Part shown: in pieces, positions 9,320-17,876 of the stretch
Layout: every line of letters starts with the position of its first letter
Numbering within the stretch: the stretch's first letter is position 1
Origin: Candidatus Omnitrophota bacterium
GTDB taxonomy: Bacteria > Omnitrophota > Gorgyraeia > Zapsychrales > Fredricksoniimonadaceae
Assembly (NCBI GenBank): GCA_016201795.1
Contig: JACQCF010000023.1
Span: forward strand, 1 to 54,167
DNA: 54,167 bases
Direction of reading: 5' to 3'
Translations under genes and position numbers: made by a program
The notes under the pieces: model-generated
Seen by the model: the letters and a program-made list of their open reading frames with translations, nothing else
Told to the model about the DNA's origin: nothing
Database searches by the model: none

Positions 9320-9838
9320 ATGCAATTAAAGATTCGTTTATACGGAGATCCTTGCCTTCGAGCTAAATCCAAGCCAGTGAAGGAAGTCACCTCTGCCGAG
9401 CGCATGCTTATTGCTTCGATGTTTGAAACCATGCGCGCGCAAAAGGGTGTCGGTTTAGCCGCAGCCCAGGTGGGTATCAATGAACAGATTTTTGTCATCG
9501 ATACCGGTCATGATGCCCTGGCCGTAGTTAATCCTAGGATTCTGCGACGTTCGGGCGCCCAGAGCGGTGAAGAAGGATGTTTGAGCGTCCCGCATCTGCA
9601 GGTCAATGTCGAAAGGGCCAAAGATCTGGAAGTGGAATTCCTCGATGAGGATAATAATCCGGTACGGGCTAGGATTTCAGGGCTGTTAGCTAAAATCTTT
9701 CAGCATGAAAACGATCATTTGCAGGGCAAGCTGATCATCGATTATCTGACAGCTCAGGAGCGCCGCCAGGTCCTCAAAGACATGAAAGACGGCGTTTACA
9801 TGGGGGAAAGTAATGGTCATGAAGACATGCGCGCCTGA
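9320..9838 (+). CDS. def: Peptide deformylase
   Basis: GVGLAAAQ, EGCLS, QHENDH motifs. Confidence 0.97.
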   Translation: MQLKIRLYGDPCLRAKSKPVKEVTSAERMLIASMFETMRAQKGVGLAAAQVGINEQIFVIDTGHDALAVVNPRILRRSGAQSGEEGCLSVPHLQVNVERAKDLEVEFLDEDNNPVRARISGLLAKIFQHENDHLQGKLIIDYLTAQERRQVLKDMKDGVYMGESNGHEDMRA

Positions 9839-10724
9839 AAAATTCAATCCTGGTGGTTTAGCGAAATTACCGGCGTGGTTTAAACAGCCCCTGCCGGATA
9901 TGGATAAAATTCGCGCTATGAAGGAGCTGTTTCGCGCCTCGGGTTTGCATACGGTTTGCGAAAGCGCGCATTGTCCGAATATGGGTACCTGCTGGGGCGC
10001 AGGGGTGGCTACCTTTATGATTTTAGGAGGCACCTGCACCCGCGCTTGCCGTTTTTGCGCGGTGCCGGCGGGCAGGCCGGATCTTTTAGATCCCCATGAA
10101 CCCGAACACGTAGCTCAAACCATAGAGAAATTAAAATTGCGTTATGTGGTGATTACCTCCGTGGCCCGTGATGATTTACAAGATCAAGGCGCCGGCCATT
10201 TTGCCGCCACCATCCGTGCGATTCGCGACTTAACACCCGACGTGAAAATTGAGGTCTTGATTCCCGATTTTTCCGCCCAAGAAGAGGCGCTGAAAGTTTT
10301 AAGCGATGCCGCGCCTGAGGTCATCAGTCATAATATCGAGACCGTGCGGCGTTTAAGCAGACACATCCGTCCGCAGGCCTTCCACGATCGCTCGTTGAGA
10401 GTGCTGAGGCGTTTTCGAGAGTTAAACCCATTAGCATTGGTGAAATCTTCCTTTATGGTCGGCTTGGGCGAAAGCCAGGAAGAAATCATGGAACTGATGC
10501 AGGAACTTCTTAAGGCCGGTTGTCAGATTTTAACCATTGGTCAATATCTGGCTCCCACCCAAATGAAAAGGCATGTGCCCGTGGTTAGATTCCTGACGCC
10601 CGAAGAATTTGAACGCCTGCATCACAGAGGCATGGAGATGGGCTTTAAATATGTCGAAAGCGGTCCTTTGGTGCGCAGTTCTTATATCGCGGAAAAAGGA
10701 TATCGAGAGGCCCTGCGGCGATGA
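9813..10724 (+). CDS. lipA: Lipoyl synthase
   Basis: CESAHCPNMGTC (Cx4Cx5C), CTRACRFC radical SAM motif, RSSY. Confidence 0.97.
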   Translation: MVMKTCAPEKFNPGGLAKLPAWFKQPLPDMDKIRAMKELFRASGLHTVCESAHCPNMGTCWGAGVATFMILGGTCTRACRFCAVPAGRPDLLDPHEPEHVAQTIEKLKLRYVVITSVARDDLQDQGAGHFAATIRAIRDLTPDVKIEVLIPDFSAQEEALKVLSDAAPEVISHNIETVRRLSRHIRPQAFHDRSLRVLRRFRELNPLALVKSSFMVGLGESQEEIMELMQELLKAGCQILTIGQYLAPTQMKRHVPVVRFLTPEEFERLHHRGMEMGFKYVESGPLVRSSYIAEKGYREALRR

Positions 10725-11713
10725 AAGAAAAATTTAAAGCGGTCTGGTCGTTTTTTTTACGTTTTGGTTTAAGCGCGGCTTTATTGACCTGGCTGTTTAG
10801 CCGTATTGATTACAAACACACCTGGGCCGCGGTGAAGGGGGCGGACAAAAGCTATTTACTGGCGGCCTTTGCTGTTTTTTTCGTCACCAATATGATGATC
10901 CTGGGGCGTTGGATGATTTTGATGAAAGCGTTGCGTTTACAATTCAAAGATTTAAGCGGGGTGCGCTGGTTTTTTATCGGGTTATTTTGTAATTTATTTT
11001 TACCGACCTCCGTCGGAGGAGACGTCATCAAGGCGCTGGGACTGGCCAAAGAAACAGGTTATAGGCCTAAAGTCTTTGCCTCGATTGTGCTGGATCGTTT
11101 GACCGGTTTTACGGCTATTGTTTTGGTAGCTTTCGTCTCCTTTTTTTTCGGCCGCCAGATGATCGGGGATTCTTCCTTAATCATTGCGATTGTCTGTATG
11201 GCGGGGGTTTCTTTGGGCTTGGCGGTAGTACTTTTTAGTCATCGTATTTTTTCCTGGGCTTGCAAAGCTTTCAAAACCTGGCCGCGGATCAAAGAAGGGC
11301 TTATGAGTCTGCATTATGATATCGTACTGATGCGGGGCAAACAAAAGCAATTTGTAGCCACCGTCGGTATTTCTGCTTTGGCCCAAATCGTGTTAGCCTA
11401 CGATTTTTACTTAACCGCCCAGGGCATGCATCAGCACATCTCTTTCGTGTACTTTATTATTTTTTCGCCATTGGTGTGTGTGGTGACTTCTTTGCCTTCG
11501 ATTGGCGGTTTGGGGGTCAGGGAAATTGGATGGGTGTATTTACTTTCTAAAGTGGGCGTGCCTCAGGGCGTGGCGCTGGGCTTGAGTTTGATTAATTTTG
11601 CGTTTATGATTTTAGTCGGGCTGGTGGGGGGGATCTGGTATGTCGCTTCATTTTCTACTGGACGGTTACAACATTATCCATCAGACGCCCGGCTTAAACC
11701 GTGGCACGCTTGA
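10721..11713 (+). CDS. Lysylphosphatidylglycerol synthase TM-domain / flippase-like protein (UPF0104)
   Basis: LPTSVGGD, DRLTG, LPSIGGLGVRE motifs; multiple TM segments. Confidence 0.85.
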   Translation: MKEKFKAVWSFFLRFGLSAALLTWLFSRIDYKHTWAAVKGADKSYLLAAFAVFFVTNMMILGRWMILMKALRLQFKDLSGVRWFFIGLFCNLFLPTSVGGDVIKALGLAKETGYRPKVFASIVLDRLTGFTAIVLVAFVSFFFGRQMIGDSSLIIAIVCMAGVSLGLAVVLFSHRIFSWACKAFKTWPRIKEGLMSLHYDIVLMRGKQKQFVATVGISALAQIVLAYDFYLTAQGMHQHISFVYFIIFSPLVCVVTSLPSIGGLGVREIGWVYLLSKVGVPQGVALGLSLINFAFMILVGLVGGIWYVASFSTGRLQHYPSDARLKPWHA

Positions 11714-12200
11714 ACAAGAGCGTCAGGCGCTGCTTCATTGGATCAATGTTGATCACCCGCAGGGCAGTGTTCACAATCGTGTGACGGTTGTCTTTGACGG
11801 GAAAGAAGTCCGCCATCTGTTAAAAACAGATGGTGAGACCTCGCCAATCGACAAGATTGATAGGCGGGAATTTTTCAGCTCCCACGCTGGTGGTGTGGCC
11901 AACGTGGTTTTTAGTAAAGGTCAATCGGCGGATGATCTTATCAAAAAGACGATTGAACAATCCACGGTGAAAAAGAGCTGGGTGGTGGTGAGCGATGATA
12001 AGCAGATCAAGTTTTACGTCAGGGCTTTGGGCGCCAATGTATTAACAGTCAAAGAATTCACGAGGGGTGATTCCAAGAAATCAAAACAGTCGGCAGCTAA
12101 GAATCAAGCTTTAGCAGCTGCTGGTAAATATATTTCTTTGACGCAACAGGCCAAGATTAATCAAGAATTAGAACGTATTTGGATGAATCCAAAATCATGA
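11640..12200 (+). CDS. NYN-domain (YacP/Rae1-like) ribonuclease
   Basis: LLDGYN, VVFDG, SADDLI, VVSDD motifs. Confidence 0.85.
   Translation: MSLHFLLDGYNIIHQTPGLNRGTLEQERQALLHWINVDHPQGSVHNRVTVVFDGKEVRHLLKTDGETSPIDKIDRREFFSSHAGGVANVVFSKGQSADDLIKKTIEQSTVKKSWVVVSDDKQIKFYVRALGANVLTVKEFTRGDSKKSKQSAAKNQALAAAGKYISLTQQAKINQELERIWMNPKS
11808..11868. repeat. Double-hairpin palindromic element inserted in frame in the NYN gene
   Basis: GTCCGCC-atctgtt-aaa-aacagat-GGTGAGACCTCGCC-aatc..gatt..-GGCGGG; same architecture as 1859-1917. Confidence 0.75.
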
Positions 12201-12970
12201 GTTTCGTCATTTTTAAAAATTTAGCCGGCCGTATTCATGCGATGGGGGAGGCGATTTTTTTCTTAAAGGACGTGCTCAAGGTGATGTTTTCAGGACGTGT
12301 GCGTTTTGCGCAGGTGTTGGAGCAAATGTATTATCAGGGTGTGCAGTCCGTGGTGATTATTATTTTATCATCGCTGGCTACTGGCGTTGTGTTGGGCTTG
12401 CAGGGATCCATCACTTTGCAGCGTTTCGGTGCGCGCGAATTTATAGCGCCATTGGTCGCTCTATCTTTGCTGCGTGAATTAAGTCCCGTATTTACCACTT
12501 TTATTTATTCCGGTAAATCCGGCGCCGGGATTACGGCGGAATTAGGGACGATGAATACCCATGAACAAATTCAAGCCACCCGTACCCTGGGCGTTGATCC
12601 TATTGAATTTTTGGTGGTGCCGCGGTTTTTAGCCTGTGTGCTGGTGATGCCGGCGTTGGTCGTCATATCGGAATTGGTGGGCATGTTTGGCGGTTATCTT
12701 GTTGCTATTTTTCAAGCGCAGTTGCCGTCGGCGATTTATATCAGACAGACGATTCAGTCCATTCATTACGTGGATTTTTTTAGCGGATTGGTCAAGGCCT
12801 TTTTCTTTTCGGTGATTGTGGCATGGATTTGTTGCTATCAGGGTTTTTTTACCTCGGGAGGGGCGTTGGGGGTGGGACGTTTTACCACCCGCGCGGTGGC
12901 GTATTCTTACATGGCGGTTATTCTTTCGAATGCGGTATTAACCATGTTCATTTTAACATTTTGGGGTTAA
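12197..12970 (+). CDS. mlaE: MlaE-family ABC permease
   Basis: RELSPV, ITAELGTM, LVVPR, GVGRFTT motifs. Confidence 0.9.
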   Translation: MSFVIFKNLAGRIHAMGEAIFFLKDVLKVMFSGRVRFAQVLEQMYYQGVQSVVIIILSSLATGVVLGLQGSITLQRFGAREFIAPLVALSLLRELSPVFTTFIYSGKSGAGITAELGTMNTHEQIQATRTLGVDPIEFLVVPRFLACVLVMPALVVISELVGMFGGYLVAIFQAQLPSAIYIRQTIQSIHYVDFFSGLVKAFFFSVIVAWICCYQGFFTSGGALGVGRFTTRAVAYSYMAVILSNAVLTMFILTFWG

Positions 12971-12975
12971 TTCAT

Positions 12976-13308
12976 ATGATTGATAAAAATAGTGTTTGGT
13001 CCCTGGTCTTTGGTCTTTTTTTGATCGGTTGTGCCCACATGACTTCTGGTAATAATGGGCAGTTGCAGAGCTATCCCGCTCCGGAAGTGGAAGCCGGCTG
13101 GGTTCGCAATGGTGATCCTATTGAATACGACGCTCAGAAATGGTACGCAGTCAATGATGTGGAAACTTTGTTGGACTCAGAAGTTTATCAGGTCGGGGAG
13201 TACAAAGGCGTTCAGATTTTTGTCGATAAAATAGATACAAAGCCTTACCATCGCCTGTATACTAAATTTGCTAAAAATCAATTCCGTTATTTTGAAAAAA
13301 GACCATGA
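12976..13308 (+). CDS. Hypothetical lipoprotein
   Basis: ATG 12976 gives a signal with lipobox LIG-C; overlaps the mlaF start. Confidence 0.7.
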   Translation: MIDKNSVWSLVFGLFLIGCAHMTSGNNGQLQSYPAPEVEAGWVRNGDPIEYDAQKWYAVNDVETLLDSEVYQVGEYKGVQIFVDKIDTKPYHRLYTKFAKNQFRYFEKRP

Positions 13309-14033
13309 TTAAAGTAGAGCATTTGTCCAAGACCTTAGGGGGTCAAAAAGTCCTTAACGATATTAGCTTTGAGGTGGCCACCGGCGAAATCTTGATTTTT
13401 TTAGGACCCAGTGGAATCGGAAAAACAGTACTGCTGAAACATCTCATTGGTCTTTTTCAACCGGACCAGGGGACAGTGATCGTCAACGGTACGGATATCA
13501 CCAAGCTTTCGCAAAGCCAGCAGCTGAAAATACGCAAGGATTTTGGTTATCTGTTTCAAGAAGGCGCGCTTTATGATTTTATGAATGTGTTTGAGAACGT
13601 GGCTTTTCCGTTGCGGGAACACACGTCTTTGAATTATCAACAGATCCGCCAGCGGGTACGTGAGGTGCTGGATATGGTGGATTTGGATGAGGTGGAAGCT
13701 AAAATGCCCTCCGAGCTCTCAGGGGGTATGAAAAAGCGCGTGGGGCTAGCCCGTGCGATTGTTCTGGGAGCCAAAGTGCTTTTATGCGATGAGCCGACCT
13801 CGGGGCTGGATCCGATCAGAAGCCGTGACATTTCGGATTTGATCCGCCAGGTCGCCAAAAAGATCGGGGCTACGACGGTGATTATGTCGCATGATGTTCA
13901 CAATTCTTTTCGTATTGCCGATCGGCTGGCTATTCTTAACGATGGCGCCATTGAGGTGGTTGGACGTCCGCAGGATTTGTTATCCTGTGATCATTCTTTT
14001 GTGAAAGAATTCTTGAAACCAGCGGCTGTCTAG
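13305..14033 (+). CDS. mlaF: MlaF-family ABC ATPase
   Basis: GPSGIGKT, ELSGGMKKRVGLARA, DEPTSGLDP. Confidence 0.92.
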   Translation: MIKVEHLSKTLGGQKVLNDISFEVATGEILIFLGPSGIGKTVLLKHLIGLFQPDQGTVIVNGTDITKLSQSQQLKIRKDFGYLFQEGALYDFMNVFENVAFPLREHTSLNYQQIRQRVREVLDMVDLDEVEAKMPSELSGGMKKRVGLARAIVLGAKVLLCDEPTSGLDPIRSRDISDLIRQVAKKIGATTVIMSHDVHNSFRIADRLAILNDGAIEVVGRPQDLLSCDHSFVKEFLKPAAV

Positions 14034-14042
14034 GAGAACCTT

Positions 14043-14636
14043 ATGGAAGAACACAGTACAGCAAAGAAATTTTCCGCCGGTCTTTTTTTCATCACAGGTC
14101 TTGGTTTAATCGCCATGATCATTTTTATCATTGGTTTTGACCGTGGTTTAACCCAGCCCAAATTTCAGGTGATTACGCTTTTTAATCAAGTGGGGGGATT
14201 AATTGAAGGCGCGCCTATTCGTATTTCGGGGGTCAACGTCGGGGTAGTGGGCAATATTGATTTTTTAAATCAACCCATTGAGGATAGAAGCCTTAAGGTC
14301 ACGCTTAATATCTTTAAGAAGTATGAATTTGAGTTCCGCAAATGTTCGCGCATCGGCATAAAAACCGAAGGGGTTTTGGGCCAGAAACTCATTGAAATCA
14401 GCGAAGATCACAGCCGCAAGATGTTTGATGTGAGCAAACCTATTATCGGGGAAGACCCTTTGGATGTGGAAGATATGGCGGCCGTGATCACGCGCACGGC
14501 CGTTTCTTTGCAGAAAACCAGCGAAGGCGCCAACGAGGTTGTGACTCAATGGAAAAATATGTCCCTTAAAGCCAAGCGTTTGATGAATCGGTTGGAAGAA
14601 AAATTAGTTGAAGGGAATTTATTTAAGGTATTTTAA
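14043..14636 (+). CDS. mlaD: MlaD/MCE-domain protein
   Basis: N-terminal TM, GGLIEGAPIRISGVNVGVV, TEGVLGQK. Confidence 0.88.
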   Translation: MEEHSTAKKFSAGLFFITGLGLIAMIIFIIGFDRGLTQPKFQVITLFNQVGGLIEGAPIRISGVNVGVVGNIDFLNQPIEDRSLKVTLNIFKKYEFEFRKCSRIGIKTEGVLGQKLIEISEDHSRKMFDVSKPIIGEDPLDVEDMAAVITRTAVSLQKTSEGANEVVTQWKNMSLKAKRLMNRLEEKLVEGNLFKVF

Positions 14637-14645
14637 AAGGCATCT

Positions 14646-14939
14646 ATGTTTGTGATGAGCAATTTTTTAAACGCTCTGGCCTATCTGGTCAATATTGTGT
14701 TGACGGTTATGTATTGGCTGATCCTCTTTAGAGCCATCATCAGCTGGGTGTCGCCGGATCCGTTTAATCCGATTGTACAATTTTTGCATCGCACAACCGA
14801 ACCGATTCTCGAGCCGATCCGCCGTCTTCTGCCGGCCATGCCGATTGATCTTTCGCCAGTGATCGCGTTTTTCGGCATTATTTTTTTAAAACAGTTTTTG
14901 GTTAACACCCTGTATGGCGTGGCCATGCGTTTACAGTAA
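14646..14939 (+). CDS. yggT: YggT-family membrane protein
   Basis: ISWV.PDPFNP, TEPILEPIRR, DLSP. Confidence 0.92.
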   Translation: MFVMSNFLNALAYLVNIVLTVMYWLILFRAIISWVSPDPFNPIVQFLHRTTEPILEPIRRLLPAMPIDLSPVIAFFGIIFLKQFLVNTLYGVAMRLQ

Positions 14940-15006
14940 ATGGACTATTGCTTGCAAAAATTCTTAGTTTAAGGTATATAAGAAAAGTATTACGGAAAGG
15001 AAAATC

Positions 15007-15303
15007 ATGTTTGATAAGGTTAAAGAGCTCTTCGAGCTTAAAAAGAAAGCGGATCGGCTCAAAAAAGAGCTGGAGGCCGTCATCATTGAAGTCAATGACG
15101 TGCGCCCGATTAAGGTGAAAATCAACGGTGCGCAGATTGTTCAGTCCATTGAGATTGACGAGAGCCTTTTAAATCCGGCGCAGAAAAACCGCATTCAAAT
15201 GGATTTATTGCGCAGTATCAATACCGCTGTTAAAAAATCACAGCAGGCAGCGGCCAATAAAATGAAAAATATACCGGGTTTTAATCTGCCCGGCCTCTCG
15301 TAA
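15007..15303 (+). CDS. YbaB/EbfC nucleoid-associated protein
   Basis: 98 aa; VKINGAQIVQSIEIDESLL...INTAVKK pattern. Confidence 0.85.
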   Translation: MFDKVKELFELKKKADRLKKELEAVIIEVNDVRPIKVKINGAQIVQSIEIDESLLNPAQKNRIQMDLLRSINTAVKKSQQAAANKMKNIPGFNLPGLS

Positions 15304-15323
15304 ACACTTAAAAAGGAGTAGTT

Positions 15324-15554
15324 ATGCCCTACGATGCTAGTTTAGATGTTTCCAGTTTTAAAGAAGTGTTGGATTTTGAGAATACCCGCGTTACCATCGG
15401 CGTCTTCTCTTATAATGGGGCGCCTAAAAAGCTTCAAATCAGCCGCGAGAATTTGATCGACGGTCAATGGAGCTACACCAAATTGGGCCGTTTAAGCAAA
15501 GAAGAGGCGGTGGCTGTCGCCCCCATCCTCATGAAAGCCATTGAGACGATGTAA
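15324..15554 (+). CDS. Small conserved hypothetical protein (possibly PC4-like fold)
   Basis: AAGGAG SD; beta-rich core followed by KLGRLSKEEA helix. Confidence 0.65.
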   Translation: MPYDASLDVSSFKEVLDFENTRVTIGVFSYNGAPKKLQISRENLIDGQWSYTKLGRLSKEEAVAVAPILMKAIETM

Positions 15555-15560
15555 TAAGAA

Positions 15561-15597
15561 CCCCCGCTGTTTTGCTTTGCAAAACAAAACACGGGGG
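15561..15597. other. Intergenic hairpin upstream of greA
   Basis: CCCCCG-c-TGTTTTGC-ttt-GCAAAACA-aaaca-CGGGGG. Confidence 0.55.
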
Positions 15598-15623
15598 TAA
15601 TTTCTGAATGTTAAAGGATTGAA

Positions 15624-16106
15624 ATGATGGCCAACGAAGTCTATTTAACCCGCCAGGGGTTTCACAAATTACAGCAGCAGCTGGAGTCTTTAAAGACGAC
15701 CGAGCGCCAGAAAATCGCCAAAGCCATCGGGGAGGCGCGCGCGCAGGGAGACATTTCCGAGAATGCTGAATACGATGCGGCCAAAGAGTCCCAGGCGCAT
15801 AACGAATTGCGCATCGCAGACTTAGAGACGAAACTGGCCAACGTACGCATCATTGAAAATGAAAATATCCCCTCGGATAAGGTTTTTATTGGGGCCATTG
15901 TCACGCTGGAAGATGTGGACAATAATGAGGAGCTGACCTACATGCTCGTCTCTGCGGAGGAAGCCAGCTACGAAGAAAACAAGATTTCCATTTTTTCTCC
16001 CATCGGCAAAGGTCTTTTAGGTCATAAAACAGGTGAGACGGTGGCGATTCAAGTGCCGGCAGGAACACTCAACTACAAAATCAAGAAAATCAAGCGTCCT
16101 TCCTGA
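15624..16106 (+). CDS. greA: Transcription elongation factor GreA
   Basis: GDISENAEYDAAKE, ISIFSPIGKGLLG. Confidence 0.97.
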   Translation: MMANEVYLTRQGFHKLQQQLESLKTTERQKIAKAIGEARAQGDISENAEYDAAKESQAHNELRIADLETKLANVRIIENENIPSDKVFIGAIVTLEDVDNNEELTYMLVSAEEASYEENKISIFSPIGKGLLGHKTGETVAIQVPAGTLNYKIKKIKRPS

Positions 16107-17373
16107 AGAGACTCAAAGCCAACCATAAGAATACCGTCGGCATGAGCGCAAAGACAATGCGATTAAAGGTCATGCTCATCCACCAGCCGATTTCAAAAAA
16201 CGTATTGATCTGATAATAAGCCATGAGCACGGCTAAATAGAGCGCGACAAAAAGGCCGATGATGTTGAGAGGTTTTTTCATAGCTTGACCTCCAGCCAGC
16301 ATTAAGCCGACGACAGCCAGTATCCAAAGCCCATTCCATTTGAGGCTGATGAATTCAAACCACGGATAAACCAAAACGTATTGTAATCGCAGGAAGGTTG
16401 AAGGTTTGCTGATGGTGGCCAGTCCGTTGATAAAGGTCTCATTGGGCGGAACCATCCAGAGGATAAAAATGATCGTCGGCAAAGCAACCGCTATCAAAGC
16501 ACTGATAAAGGCCCAGGGTCTATGGAGCTGCTGACTTAGCACAAGCAAAGTCAGAATCACAGAAGCGGCTAATCCCTCGTTTTTGGTAAAGCTTAACAAT
16601 CCTGTAAAGACGGCGGTTAAAATAAGCAGGCGGTTATCTTTAAGGTCGCGGGAAAGAAGATAACACACCAAAGCAGCCAGAAGATAAAGGCTAAAAAGAA
16701 TATCGCTGTATTGACTGATGGATAAAGTATTGCCAAAGGCCAGGGTAAAGACCGATAAAGTCACGACGATAGAAATCCATTGAGAAACTTTTAGCTCTTG
16801 TAAACCTAAAAGTAAAACTCCTGCCGTTAGAAGGGCGAGAACCACGGCGTTAAGCATGGGCACGCTTTGAGAAACACCGCTCCAGTGCCAAAACCATACA
16901 TTGATCGTCGGCAGGCCTAAAGGATAATGGATATTGCTTCGCCAGAGGATAGGCGTGAAGATATCTTTCCAGTGATCTTCTGCCAGATATATGAATTTGG
17001 CCTTTAAATTCCAGCACGACCAGGCATCCCAGCCGCCCAAAGGATAATAATTGGCTTCCAGCCACAGTGGGACGCTTAAAAGAATCAAAACCAAAAGACT
17101 TAATCCATTCGAATTTTTGTGAGATTGAATCTTTAGAGATTTATTGAGCCAAAATAAAACCACAAGAAGAAAAAGCGATACCAGAGGTGGCAAGAAATGA
17201 TTGAAGTTGTTTCCTAATAACTGCAGGTAGAAAATGATTTGACCGATGATGCCCAAACCTAACGCCGCGCCTAAAAACAAACTCAGATAAAAAGACAACC
17301 GTCCGGCAACGATGAGACGAAGGGTGCAATACCCCAAAGCAACAGCCACCGCTAAAGCAAAAAGATACATCAT
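16090..17373 (-). CDS. Polytopic GT-C-like glycosyltransferase (PMT/ArnT-like)
   Basis: WDAWSCWNLKAK acidic loop, HYPL, YSD, TKNEG; many TM segments. Confidence 0.7.
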   Translation of the reverse strand: MMYLFALAVAVALGYCTLRLIVAGRLSFYLSLFLGAALGLGIIGQIIFYLQLLGNNFNHFLPPLVSLFLLVVLFWLNKSLKIQSHKNSNGLSLLVLILLSVPLWLEANYYPLGGWDAWSCWNLKAKFIYLAEDHWKDIFTPILWRSNIHYPLGLPTINVWFWHWSGVSQSVPMLNAVVLALLTAGVLLLGLQELKVSQWISIVVTLSVFTLAFGNTLSISQYSDILFSLYLLAALVCYLLSRDLKDNRLLILTAVFTGLLSFTKNEGLAASVILTLLVLSQQLHRPWAFISALIAVALPTIIFILWMVPPNETFINGLATISKPSTFLRLQYVLVYPWFEFISLKWNGLWILAVVGLMLAGGQAMKKPLNIIGLFVALYLAVLMAYYQINTFFEIGWWMSMTFNRIVFALMPTVFLWLALSLFRKDA

Positions 17374-17783
17374 GGTTTAAGGCGATGCGCCTGAGGGTTA
17401 AACGCTAAAATAATGCCGAAATTATTCATTTTAAGTGGCTGTAACCCAAGTTCTTTGATTTTGTTGAAAGCCTCTTGAGGGGAAGTACAGTCAAAAATGA
17501 CCCAAGCATAGTCGGTATGATTCAAATCCAACACCGTCGGGGCTAAAAGATATTGTGCCTGTTCAAACTGGGCCACGACCAGAGGCTCATCGATATTTTT
17601 ATCCGTATAATAGCCTACGGCACGCACGTGGCTAAAGACGGTTTCTAAACCTTTAAACTTGTCACCTAAGCTGTGAAAGGCGATGGTGGACGGATGCCTT
17701 TGATGTTCCAAAATCTGTAAGGCCAATTGTCCGGCATTCAAAACTACGGATAAGCCCAATAAGACTAAAATAACCTGACGCAT
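17370..17783 (-). CDS. Membrane-anchored hypothetical protein
   Basis: MRQVILVLLGL anchor; AQYLLAP motif; overlaps the GT-C gene start. Confidence 0.65.
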   Translation of the reverse strand: MRQVILVLLGLSVVLNAGQLALQILEHQRHPSTIAFHSLGDKFKGLETVFSHVRAVGYYTDKNIDEPLVVAQFEQAQYLLAPTVLDLNHTDYAWVIFDCTSPQEAFNKIKELGLQPLKMNNFGIILAFNPQAHRLKP

Positions 17784-17789
17784 GGGGGG

Positions 17790-17870
17790 ATTGTACTGGC
17801 TCGGGACACCCAATGCAATAAAAATGATAGACAATAAATGCTTTGCTCGTCAGGAGACTTTCAGTATAAT
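17790..17870. promoter_or_regulatory. Back-to-back divergent sigma70 promoters, both apparently leaderless
   Basis: Minus: TTGCAT-17-TACAAT-6-ATG(17783); plus: TTGCTC-16-TATAAT-6-ATG(17877). Confidence 0.6.
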
Positions 17871-17876
17871 CTGCGT

